Assembly (NCBI RefSeq): GCF_001194135.2
Contig: NC_068983.1
Coordinates: forward strand, 132,401,538 to 132,465,537
Length of the DNA: 64,000 nucleotides
Direction of reading: 5' to 3'
Origin: Octopus bimaculoides
Taxonomy: Eukaryota
The translations under genes were made by a program, and so were the position numbers. Positions 35,642-47,070 of this stretch are shown here, one piece after another. A model generated the notes under the pieces. It was not told where the DNA came from and did no database searches. It saw only the letters and a program-made list of their open reading frames with translations. Each line of letters begins with the position of its first letter. Positions within the stretch are counted from its first letter, which is position 1.

Positions 35642-36297
35642 AATAATTTCTAATCACATTAGACAATGATATAAAGTGAAAAATGGACATTATACGTGTG
35701 CGCACGTGCGTAGGCAATGCACTCTTGCTTGTTAATAAGATCGGCAAAAATTCGGCACTGAATTGACCAGGGAGAGAAATACGACCAAATGAACATAAGG
35801 TTCACTGGTGAGCTAATTGAACTTTATGTTCGGAAAGTGCTACATTCGGACGGGTTGGTACAGCATACCGTGGGATATCTGTAAAACGTTCAGGCTATAT
35901 ATCATGAGTACTCCGTGAGGAAATACGGGAAAATGAGAGAAAATACGAGAATGAGCAATTTTTTTTTTATGTTTAAGCTGTTCCAAGGGAAAGGGAAATA
36001 ATTCTATCTTTGTAGTAAACGTATTTTAGATCGGTGTCTTTAGACATCACTTACCACCCACTTAACTTGAAGTATCAGAACTCTATTCCTCGTAAAAGTA
36101 CTATTCTGAGTCCAAGTGTTTAATCTTGTGAGGGTGACCCTGCCTGTTAGTTAACAGAAAAAGTTTGTGTCTAAAAATTGCTATCTCATCGAACTTTGCT
36201 CTTTCTGAACATGGGCATATTAAAAGCTTACGTGTGACTCTACTACAAGCACATACACATACACAAACACACACACACACGTACACATACACACACA

Positions 36298-36390
<93 letters not shown>

Positions 36391-36489
36391 TTAATGTAAT
36401 ATAGGTTTCAATGAAAAGGCAACTTTCAAGATATTGATAATCAAAAGATTATATTCCTTAATATACGATATGCAATATAATATAGCAAT

Positions 36490-36830
36490 TATTCATCCAA
36501 AATTCTATACCGATAACCCTACCACACTTCTGGACTGTTTTGGTTAAGGAATCTATTTGGTTTTCAGATTTCCCAAACAATTTCAGGTCATCCATAAACA
36601 CGAAGATGGTTCAATGATGGGCCTTTCTTCCTACATCGGTAACCCATATTAACCTTCCTAAGTGCCATTGTTATGGGTATTTGTGGAATTACAAAAGATA
36701 ACAGAGAAAAATGAGTCACCTAGGAAGATTCCCCTATTAATTTGTAACTTCTCCAAGGAATGCTTTACTTGAGTACAATTTGGTTTTCCACTCTTTCATG
36801 CTATGCATCAGAAAATTTCTTGCTATGCTT
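36490..36830 (-). mobile_element. R4/Dong-like reverse transcriptase core fragment
   Basis: The minus strand reads MKEWKTKL..RGIFLGDSFF..IPITMALRKVNMGY..NHL..FMDDLKLFGKSENQIDSL..GIEF. Confidence 0.8.
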
Positions 36831-36989
36831 AAGGGAAAAATAAAACTAATGAGGTAAGCACTTGTCAATAAATACAAACTACAGAATTACAAAACCGGTA
36901 AACCACAGCAAAACTTATAAAATGAAAAGGAAGAATAAAAAACAAAAAGAAAATTCAGAAATTCAAAAGTTCAATGATGCTAACATCAG

Positions 36990-37030
<41 letters not shown>

Positions 37031-37039
37031 CTCTATCTA

Positions 37040-37073
<34 letters not shown>

Positions 37074-37261
37074 NNNNNNNNNNNNNNNNNNNNNNNNNNN
37101 NNNNNNNNNNNNNNNNNNNNNNNNNNNNNNNNNNNNNNNNNNNNNNNNNNNNNNNNNNNNNNNNNNNNNNNNNNNNNNNNNNNNNNNNNNNNNNNNNNNN
37201 NNNNNNNNNNNNNNNNNNNNNNNNNNNNNNNNNNNNNNNNNNNNGTCCTGTTTGCCAAGGG

Positions 37262-37354
37262 AAGTTATATATATATAGTTTTAGGGAAAATAAGTTATAT
37301 ATATATAGTTTTAGGGAAAATAAGTTATATATATATAGTTTTAGGGAAAATAAG
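37262..37354. repeat. Perfect 30-bp tandem repeat x3 (AAGTTATATATATATAGTTTTAGGGAAAAT)
   Basis: Identical units start at 37262, 37292 and 37322. Confidence 0.95.
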
Positions 37355-37749
37355 CAAGTTTCAAGAACTCATCGATGAAAATCCACTATCACATATAGAA
37401 AAATTAACAATTAAAAGCAATTCTAGTAATAAAGTCCTTAATATTATTAATAAGTTTCAAAATATATTCCTATCTAGATGGGATGGGGATATCCTTCAAA
37501 GATGAATTCCAAAACAATGGCTCAATCTTACCTGTAAATTCCATAATCAACGAAAAATTGAAAGTTAAATACAAACAATAAACGTTAATTATAAATTAGA
37601 AAATTATAAGAAAATTAGGGACAAAATCCAAATTTACAGGTAAAAACTCAATTAAAATCAATTTATAAAAAAATTAAAATTAAATTGAGCTTTATAGATC
37701 AAATAAGCTTATTCGAAGCTTATTCGAAGATTCCTATTGCCATTGAATG

Positions 37750-37895
37750 CTCGGAATGAGGAGTAGATAGACAGCCGATAAGTTATGAAGGATTGTTTTT
37801 TATGTTACTTGTCCTGTTTTTAATTTTACCTCAAGTTGTCTGCGTAGTTAACTCGCTTGTTTTCGTATTTCGTGTTATTTAAAGTTGGTGATGTC
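37750..37895 (+). repeat. Dispersed repeat tail, homologous to 54108-54265 (minus)
   Basis: The two share atgaggagtagatNgacagccga..atgaagg..cttgtcctgtttt..gcgta.ttaact..ttgttttcgta..agttggtgatgtcctgta.ccata. Confidence 0.7.
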
Positions 37896-38543
37896 CTGTA
37901 CCCATAAAGGCGTGTATATATATATATTATTTATTTTATTATTATATATGTATATATCTATGTATGCATGTATGTATGTACGTGTGTATGTACATATGAC
38001 AGACACATAAAAGCAAATGAATGAATGTGCGCATGTCTATGTTTTTTGTGCAAGTATTTATATACACACACACACACACGCACGCACACGCATAAACATA
38101 CTGGTATAGGAATTGAAGCGATATCTTATGTGGCGTATAAATACTTTGAGATATAACATATTCTATTGTCATTTTTAACTGCATTTGTCGACATAAATGT
38201 TAAACATGTTATAGCCTCTACTCGTTTGCATCAGATTGTAAAACATGATTGAATTAGCGTTTTACTTCTAAAATCTGCGCATCTCACGGGACATTGCTAT
38301 AAACTTTCACTTCTGAGAAAGTAATGCGAGTCGTAAAGAGAAATTTAATCTCCCAATTGGTAACCTAACGCACACATTTATGACACCGCGGTTTACATTC
38401 GTTAATGGATATTTGTCACATTGGCAAATGTTTCACAGTTATTGCTAAATTGGTTGCGGTATGTTTCACCGTCCACTGACTTATAATTAAATAAAAAAAA
38501 AACATAATAACTTCACCGCAAACGCTGCAACAAACACCACAAA

Positions 38544-38544
<1 letters not shown>

Positions 38545-38622
<78 letters not shown>

Positions 38623-38680
38623 ACTACTACTACTACTACCATTGCTGCTGCTGTTCTTGTTGCTGCTGCTACCACTAATA
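38545..38680. repeat. Compound trinucleotide microsatellite (TAC)n(TGC)n(TAC)n
   Basis: Read directly from the sequence. Confidence 0.95.
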
Positions 38681-38987
38681 CAATTGGTGCTGCTTCTGCT
38701 CTTTGTCTTTATATATTCTTTTTCCTGATCAAACCCTCTTGTTTTAATGCTATTCTGAAAATAGCTGCGCCATAATTTTACGCTTTTTTGTTCGATTGAA
38801 CCCGGATGTATAAATGGCAAAATTGATGCCAGCAGAAACCGTGGTCGTGAGATAAATTTTTGGAACCAAACATTGCAAAGCAGTCTCATTAATTGAATAC
38901 CTATTATAGTAACTCTAGATCTAATTGATCTTACAGGATTTTCACAACGTGTTATTGCAAGATCACTACATGAATTTCCATTCTTGA

Positions 38988-39043
<56 letters not shown>

Positions 39044-39058
39044 TTAATAATAATAATG

Positions 39059-39107
<49 letters not shown>

Positions 39108-39150
39108 TAATAATAATAATAATAATAACAATAATAATAATAATAATAAA
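38988..39150. repeat. Compound microsatellite (TAC)n(TAA)n
   Basis: Read directly from the sequence. Confidence 0.95.
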
Positions 39151-39184
39151 AGATCGGCCACACCAAATATTCTGTTCATAACGC

Positions 39185-39615
39185 AAACTTGCTTATCATT
39201 TGTTTGACCTTAAGCAGTTGAGCATGTCCCTTAATAGTTAACGATATGTGCACATCTGATCATGAGCAGACGTAGTTGGGGAGCATCATAGCCATGTGTT
39301 CAGAGGAGCTCTTTGGGTTTCGGTTATTTCACTTCTGGAAATATGGGTGTTTCGTTCAACATCCTTAAACAACCTTTAATCAGGGACCTTTCGAGTGGAA
39401 TGGGCTACTCGACCTCAAGAAAGTTTTAACTGGGTCCCACTTGCAAAGTCTTTCGTTGTTTATCTTGATATGAGATCACTGTGTCGCGCACATATGGTTG
39501 TGAAGCATGTGCCTGGTGTACCCTTATCAGACGGGTAGTCATGATGAGTATACTGGGTTTCGTATATTTTACCCCAATGTCGCGTTGATGGCATGCACTG
39601 CTCTCTCACTCAATA
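39185..39615. repeat. Probable interspersed repeat (retroposon-related)
   Basis: A GC-richer island ending in caataataa that I recall as a common cephalopod repeat. There is no second copy in the window to confirm it. Confidence 0.4.
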
Positions 39616-40164
39616 ATAACCGCTACAATTTTATTTATATGGGATTTTATAAATAGATCGGGGACGCTACATGATTATGTAGCACAATATGATGCGATAT
39701 TGTATGGTGTGAGGAGGTGTATAAACAGTAAGATAACACAAACAAAAAAACAGAAACAAAATTCATGAATAGGGCAATACCTTTTCATCTTCCCTGATGG
39801 ATGAATAGGCGCATGCATCGGACAGACCTATTTGACTAGACCATTATTCCCAGTCTACTCACCTTTGAACAGGTGGGTGACTGTGGATAGAAAGGTCCAA
39901 ACTAGAAAGCAGCTCTTCCGTTTTTCCACTCTCTTGTCAGTTGAGAACAGGCGGTGTTCGACACTAGACTAAAAGCTAGTTTTGCTCGGGTGCTGGACGA
40001 ATGCAAGCAGAACTGGTGGCATGGTTGATGGCATTCTCACATCGTATCCATTATTTACTATCTTAAACGTTTTTTGAGACAATCTGGCGATTGTGTTAAT
40101 CGGCAGACTTGAGTTAATATAATTATTTCTAATGTAGATACAAGGTTAGTAATTTTAAAGGAGA

Positions 40165-40348
40165 GTAAGTCGTATTTGTCAGTTGTTCTAACATTTTACG
40201 TTCTGTATTCAAATTTAACCGAGGTCGACTTTGCATTCTATTATCTGGTAGTCGATAAAATAAGCAACAAAATACCTCTTGGGTTGATGTAATCGACCAG
40301 CTCCCTTTCACAAAATTCTAGTTTTTATGCCTATATTAGAAAGGATTA
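40165..40348 (+). mobile_element. Diverged, 5'-truncated tRNA-derived SINE
   Basis: ttttacgttctg.attcaaattt.accgaggtcgactttgc..gtcgataaaataag..ggttgatgtaatcgac..tgccta.attagaaagg aligns with 638-803. Confidence 0.7.
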
Positions 40349-40474
40349 TTATAATTTCGAAAATAAGTTTCTTAAATAAACCTTAATCGATATGTAATAC
40401 TGAAGTCGTTACGATACTTTAAGCCATGACTTTCGAAACAAAGACAATGAGTCTTTTTGTTTGTTTTGTTTTTT

Positions 40475-40520
<46 letters not shown>

Positions 40521-40593
40521 AGACGATAGCTTTCTAATGAAACATTGTAAGATATGGAGTTGTGAGAGTATAAAATCTATGGTAAGGACTATA

Positions 40594-40743
40594 ATTATTA
40601 TTTACATTATTTACAATTGACGGATATTTTTCCTCATCTTGTCTGTTGTTAACACAACGTTTCGGCTGATATACTCTCCAGCCTTTATCGGGTGTCTTGG
40701 GGAAATTTCGAACCTGGTTTCTCATTCCTAAGGTATTTTTCGA

Positions 40744-40807
<64 letters not shown>

Positions 40808-40823
40808 GGTGTTGTTGTTGTTG

Positions 40824-40855
<32 letters not shown>

Positions 40856-40923
40856 GCGTTGTGGTTAAGAGCGCGGGTCACTAACTCCAAGATTCCGAGT
40901 TCGATTCCAGGCAGTGACCTGAA
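40594..40923. mobile_element. Hammerhead-bearing SINE copy with the head inverted relative to body and tail
   Basis: The tail and body are on the minus strand (40594-40743), followed by (GTT)n(ATT)n, then the tRNA-like head on the plus strand (40856-40923, B-box GTTCGATTCC). Confidence 0.8.
40651..40696 (-). ncRNA. Minimal type I hammerhead ribozyme motif (core mutated in this copy)
   Basis: It reads GACAC-CCGATAA-A-GGCTG-GAGAGTATAT-CAGCC-GAAA-CG-TT-GTGTT. Stems I and II and GAAA are intact, but the core differs from CTGATGA by two transitions. Confidence 0.55.
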
Positions 40924-41953
40924 CAAAAGAGAATGAAACGTTCGAGTATGGCATGTATTAGATTGCAGACGTGCTGGAGCTGAGCTCAGCCAGGGTCAAA
41001 CATGTGTTCTTAAATGTAGCTTTCGGTTGCAATAATACATTAAAAGGATTGATTTATATTAGAAAATACATGGTAAAGTCACGATAAACAAATACTAGCT
41101 TGGCCCTATTCTTTCTCAAATATATGACCATATACGAAGCTCTTAATTCAATAATTATAATAATGATAATAATAATAATTATTATTATCATCATCATCAT
41201 CATCATCATCATCGTCGTCGTCGTCGTCGTCGTCGTCGCTATCATCATCATCACCACCACCACCATAATCACATTATTTTTTATCATCATCAATATTATT
41301 ATTACGGCGATATGGTTCTGTTTGTTTTTCTGTATTATTGATTTTTGTTTTTGCTCTTTTGTGTAGATTCTTTGAAATTGTAAGTTCGTTCTTACTCCTA
41401 AAAGGAATGTTATAATTAACTCTCGCTATTAGCTAAGTTCGCAAAACATAAATATTCAAATTTAATGATTTCCTTTGTATTTAGTATTTATTTGAGTGTA
41501 TGAAAGTGGAATTCTTATACGACCACAAAATGATGGATTCGATCCCACTCCGAAGCAGCTTCAGTTACTGTTACTTTTTATAACCACATATTGGCCCTAA
41601 TTATATCATTAAGCTGAGCAGGGGGAAACTGTATTGAAGCGTATTGTAATCGATAGGTTTTAGTTATCTCTGATTCTGCGCGAGAATTACGTAAGCGAAT
41701 CTATAGTATACCCATCCAATAACTAAGATGTCAGATCAGTTAAATTACCACAGTGGGCTGGCAGCAATCCTTCGTATGGTTACTGAAGAAACAGTGTGTG
41801 TGTGTAGTGTTGTTAGTTGTCCGAACATACGGGGTATCATCGAAAAAGACGTCTATAAATTTTACACGTTTTGAAAATGTGCCGTGTGTGAGCTCATAAT
41901 ATTTCCATAAACTAAAAATACAGTTTATATCCTTCTACAAATTCCCTGCCTGA

Positions 41954-41954
41954 A

Positions 41955-42046
<92 letters not shown>

Positions 42047-42047
42047 T
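41954..42047. repeat. Perfect 94-bp palindrome AT(ATT)15(AAT)15AT
   Basis: 41956-42000 is (ATT)15 and 42001-42045 is (AAT)15. Confidence 0.95.
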
Positions 42048-42800
42048 ATGTTTGAATTTTGCTTTGTTTTTGGTACAAGTTGACTCCAAGTTTCACCCAA
42101 AAACCTCAAGAGAGAACAAGTTAGAAGTTCAAGTTGGTATTATGCCTAGGGTGTGATATATTTGGTTTTGCACATAGTATTGTTCAAGGGAATGTTTAAG
42201 AAAGCATCAGATAATTATAAGTTTTGGGGTTTCCTGGTATCTGAGCTAGGTAGCAATCAGCCCCTTTTGCTATCATTCCTAAGGCACCTATGACAACAGG
42301 TATTCTTTTAGTCTTGAGGTTTCACATTTTGCTAATTTTTATTTCAAGATATTTATACTTGCTCAGATTCTGGTAAGTCCTGGCAGATACATTTATGTCG
42401 ATTGGGATAGTCATATCAATGAGGAGGCATGATTTTTGTCCTCTTTCAATATAATGTCTGGCCTATACGCATCTGTCTTTCTGTCAGTTTGAATAGGGAA
42501 GTTCAAGAGGAGTGAGATGTGATCATTTGCAAGCACTGGGAGTGGTTTGTATTGCCACCAGTTTTTTTTCATGGGGCAGGTCCAAGTTTTTGCAAATTGC
42601 CCAGTGAATATACTGTGCTGCTCTATCATGCGTGTTGAGATACTCTGTAGGCGCAAGACTGCACATGGAGACACCATGGTCAATGGTTTCATTTTGTTGT
42701 TGACATACACATGTTGGGCTACTGCCGTTCTTTAATATGTTGCCCTGTTAGCTCCTTGTATGTAGGCATTGATTTTCGGCTGCTAAAATAAACCCTTCTA
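42048..42800 (-). mobile_element. R4/Dong-like element 3' part (CCHC plus RLE)
   Basis: The minus strand reads EGFILAAE, C..C..QNETIDH.VS.C, RHDRAAQYIHWAIC, FPIQTDRKTDAYRPDIILK and IPVVIGALG, with frameshifts. Confidence 0.85.
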
Positions 42801-42866
42801 TGATTTTAAGGTAAAATAAACCCTTCTGTGATTTTAAGGTAAAATAAACCTTTCTGTGATTTTAAG
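42784..42866. repeat. 28-bp tandem repeat x3 at an element junction
   Basis: TAAAATAAACCCTTCTRTGATTTTAAGG units start at 42784, 42812 and 42840. Confidence 0.9.
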
Positions 42867-42869
42867 CCA

Positions 42870-44565
42870 GAAGGCACTAACCATTAATGGTTAAGTACTA
42901 ACAATAGTAATTGGTGCACCTGGAAGTATCAGCTCTCGACTACCAACATAGCTGAAAAAGATTGGCGCGAGTGAGAAGGTAGATCACCGACAAAAATCAG
43001 CATTGCTTGGAACTGCTTAGCCTGCTGGCTGTGGACAGGTGACTCTTTCCATCATACCCAGAAAATTAAGCTGTGAATTTTCCTATAATGATAACAATAT
43101 CACACTAGATAACACAAATGCTATAAGAGAATTAGATCAAAGCCAGCCATACAAATACTTAGGAATCAATGAACTAGATACGGTAAAACCCATGCAAATG
43201 AAAGAGATGATAACGAAGGAATACTATTGACAAGTTAGATTAATACTTAAAACAGAGCGCAATGCGAAAAACAAGATAACAGATAACAACACTTTAGCTG
43301 TCACAGTTATGTTACAGCTACAATATTCTTAATTAGACCCTAAATGAACTAACCACATTAGACAGGAAAACAAGAAAAATACAGAATTTAGGATGCACCA
43401 CCGTAAATCTGACATAGAGACACCGAAAATATAACGAATTCAAGACGGTAGAGGCATTATATAACTAGAAACCTTTTATGAAATAACCACCATACGACTA
43501 TAGAAATACGTAATTCAGAAGCAAGGAAAGCCGAAAATACGGGCCAAACAAAAGACTATGTTCTGGCTTTAACGAAGATGAAAAATACAAGTGAGATGTC
43601 ATAGTACCTCACATCTATGAAGAAAAAGAGGAAACAACAAAATTTGTAAAACAAGTGATATACAAACTAAGACTGCAACAACAAAGTAACATGATAAAAC
43701 AATGGAAAGAAAAGCCCTTACAGAGCAAATATTGGGATAAGGTAAACATAAAAGAAATGGACAAACCAAACTCCCAACAATAGCTGAGAAGCTCAGTAGT
43801 CAAAGCAGTGACTGAAGGATTTCTAATAGCAGCACGAGATCAAAACCTCTCCACCAGAAATCAACAGAAACAGATAATGAATAAAAATACAGCAAGTCCC
43901 TTCAGATTATGTGATGATGGGGAAGAAACAATAAACCATTTTGTCTCTGGCTGCCCAGTCCTGGCTAAGAAGGAATATATCCGCAGATATATGAGAGGTG
44001 GGACCTATATACACTGGAAGATATGCTGATATTATGGAATGACAACAAATAAAGATGGTATAGGCACAACCCGGATTAGGTCTCAGAAAATGACAAAGCA
44101 ACCGTACTTTGGGATATGCCAATACACACAGATTGAGAAATCTAGGCTAATATACCGGATAGAGTTATCACCAAAAATGCCTTCTAATCGACGTAACAAC
44201 AACAGCCGATGACAATGCATCTATAATGGAGAAACGGAGAAACTCTCAAAATACAAATATCTAGAGACGTAACCCGAATGTGGTGCTTAAAACTAGAAAC
44301 AGTCCCTATAATGATAGGTGTATGGTGTATAATAAAAAAAATGATTCAGACATATGCATAACCAAAACACCCGTAGTTACGAATGTATATAACATACAGA
44401 AAATACACAACTAGGAACTGCGCACATCCAACGTAAAGGACTTTCCATACAGGGAAAATAAGAACACCACATCAAACCACAGTACACATCCAAGGGACAA
44501 AGAGCTGCGCTATCGAGCGCAGCAAAAGCACACAATAAAATAACACTACTGAACAATAATAATAA

Positions 44566-44596
<31 letters not shown>

Positions 44597-44597
44597 C

Positions 44598-44660
<63 letters not shown>
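42870..44660 (+). mobile_element. R4/Dong-like elements: an RLE C-terminal remnant followed by a 5'-truncated RT-CCHC-RLE copy with a (TAA)n tail
   Basis: 42870-43020 reads IVIGAPGS..QKSALLGTA. 43040-44445 reads QPYKYLGINE, LDRKTRK, MHHRKSDIE, GRGI, EGFLIAARDQ, RLCDDGEETINHFVSGCPVLAKKEYIRR, LWDMPIHTD and EKLSKYK. (AAT)n follows at about 44555-44660. Confidence 0.88.
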
Positions 44661-44661
<1 letters not shown>

Positions 44662-46205
44662 CATAAATAGAAGCAAAAGCTAAGTGCATTTGTCATTTCA
44701 ACATTCGGCGATTTTGTTTGTTGTACTTCCATTTCCCTGAGAAGCTATTTACATATTTACTATCAAGTGTATTGATTTTAGATGATATTTAACATGGTAG
44801 TTACTTGATTGATGTTTTCCAATTATGGAATTAATTGCTATACAATAGGTATTCTTTTACTATTGACAAAACTGAACAACGCTTCATGTTTCCAATACGA
44901 AGTAAAAAGACAAATACTTTAAAAGATGACGTTCTCTAAGATGCTCCACTTCTGCACCCTTGGCAAAAAGATCGTAGTAGAAACGCTTACAAACAATGCA
45001 GAATCATATAGACTGCAAGGCAATATTTTACGGATGAAAGTGCGAAATATACAAAAGTTAGGACTATGTACCCCTTAGTAATTATGTTTAAGGATAATTT
45101 CAAGACCTTTCTGTAAATACCGTTTCAAATTAATGGTAGATTCTTCACGTAGATTGCTTATGTTCGTCATCTGTAAAGGTAATATTTGACAGTCTTACTA
45201 CGTAATGTTTAAAAAAAATCAATATAAGTCAGAAATCAATCTCATTGACCATTCACTCCTCATAAAGCTATTCGTCGTATTATGAGTCATACTGCTTCAA
45301 ATTGCTGAACCATTGACTTAGTTTGCATCAGAGTCGGAGTTATATACGCCAGTTCAAGATGTGCAGGATATATCATTCAGAAAGATCTTCGACCTTAGCC
45401 CCGGTACGATTTCCCTAAGAGCTGTAAAGGTAAGGGTTACTCTCCATTTGGAATATTAGAAGTCACTATAATATAAACGTAACTGTCTAGCGTTCATGAA
45501 TATACTAAATCCGAGAATGCTAGACATAGCGAATTGTCAGCTGAAATGAATGTCATCCAGATGGGATAAGATATGTAAGAATACAAATATATAAAAGAAA
45601 CCTAGGCTAGTTTGTTTAAAACACCGTGAAACCAGTTGATAACGGCAGTATTGCAGTCGCATTTAGGTTGGAAGGATCGAATAGAGACTTGTTTATTTAC
45701 TCTCTAACGATTTTAGAAATGTTAATCAGTCAAAATTTAAGTTATAAAGAAAAGTAGATGTTTGTTATCTGATGGGTATGTAAGAGTGAGAAATAAGTTG
45801 CCTTCTGCAAGCTCTTACAATTCTCTGATTATTCATTTCATTGTATCCCATCAAGATCGCTTTCTTTTATATATATAGGAAATTTTCACATGTGAGACTG
45901 TACTATGTTGTGGTACTTGTTTCACATATACTCCATATATTTATGCGAACATTGTGCATGCTTTCTATTGAGCCATTTCCATCTCCCTATCTCTCCGGAT
46001 GCTTTTGTAGCACCATGTACACACACACAGGGTTTTGTGTGGTTTTGTGTCATAGGTAAACATTTATGTTGGAGGCCCACAACCATAACTATAATACGCA
46101 ACTATTTATATTCTAATAATGATTTGCGAAGAGGAGAGCAGTGTAACTATAATTTTATCATTATCATTATTAATCTATATTCGTGCTTCCGGGTGTATGT
46201 ATGTA

Positions 46206-46243
<38 letters not shown>

Positions 46244-47017
46244 NNNNNNNNNNNNNNNNNNNNNNNNNNNNNNNNNNNNNNNNNNNNNNNNNNNNNNNNN
46301 NNNNNNNNNNNNNNNNNNNNNNNNNNNNNNNNNNNNNNNNNNNNNNNNNNNNNNNNNNNNNNNNNNNNNNNNNNNNNNNNNNNNNNNNNNTATATATATA
46401 TATATATATATATATGCATGCATGTATTTATGTATATGTGTATATATTCATACATACATATATACATAAAAACGCAGACAGGCGTATTGGCAATCATATA
46501 CAGGAGTATTATTGTGCTTCATTTTCGGTACTTTTGAATAAATAAGTATTAATTGGATCGGTATGTAAGTACGCATAATGTAACCGTACATTACGAATCA
46601 CAGAACATTACCGTCGCCACGAAAGAGATATCGATTTATTTGTATGCTTTGGTTCATCGTAGCGATTGAAAAAAAGTTGTTCTATGAGGTAGTTGGGGGA
46701 TATTGGAGAACACGTCATGATGTTTCGCAAATGAATAGAATATTCGAATCACTTCTGAAAGCACAGTTGAATTTTGTCCTGTAATTTAATATTTGTCGTC
46801 GCATCATATAATTTTCAATAAAAGCATCGGAATACCAAATATGTGTTCCATTTCAATGAACTTATGCTTTTATTCATGCGTACACGCAGATATACACATA
46901 GAAGCACATACACATACATACACAAGCGAATTGATACACACATACTGATATAGATAAAGTTCTTCTTAATATAAATGTGTGTATGTGTGTCTGTGTGTAT
47001 GTGTGTCTGTGTGTGTG

Positions 47018-47070
<53 letters not shown>

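Noticed and set aside
38416-39186. 256-aa ORF with poly-I and poly-S
   Set aside because: More than half is microsatellite. The ~105 non-repetitive codons match no family I recognise, and an open stretch that long is expected by chance in a window of this size.
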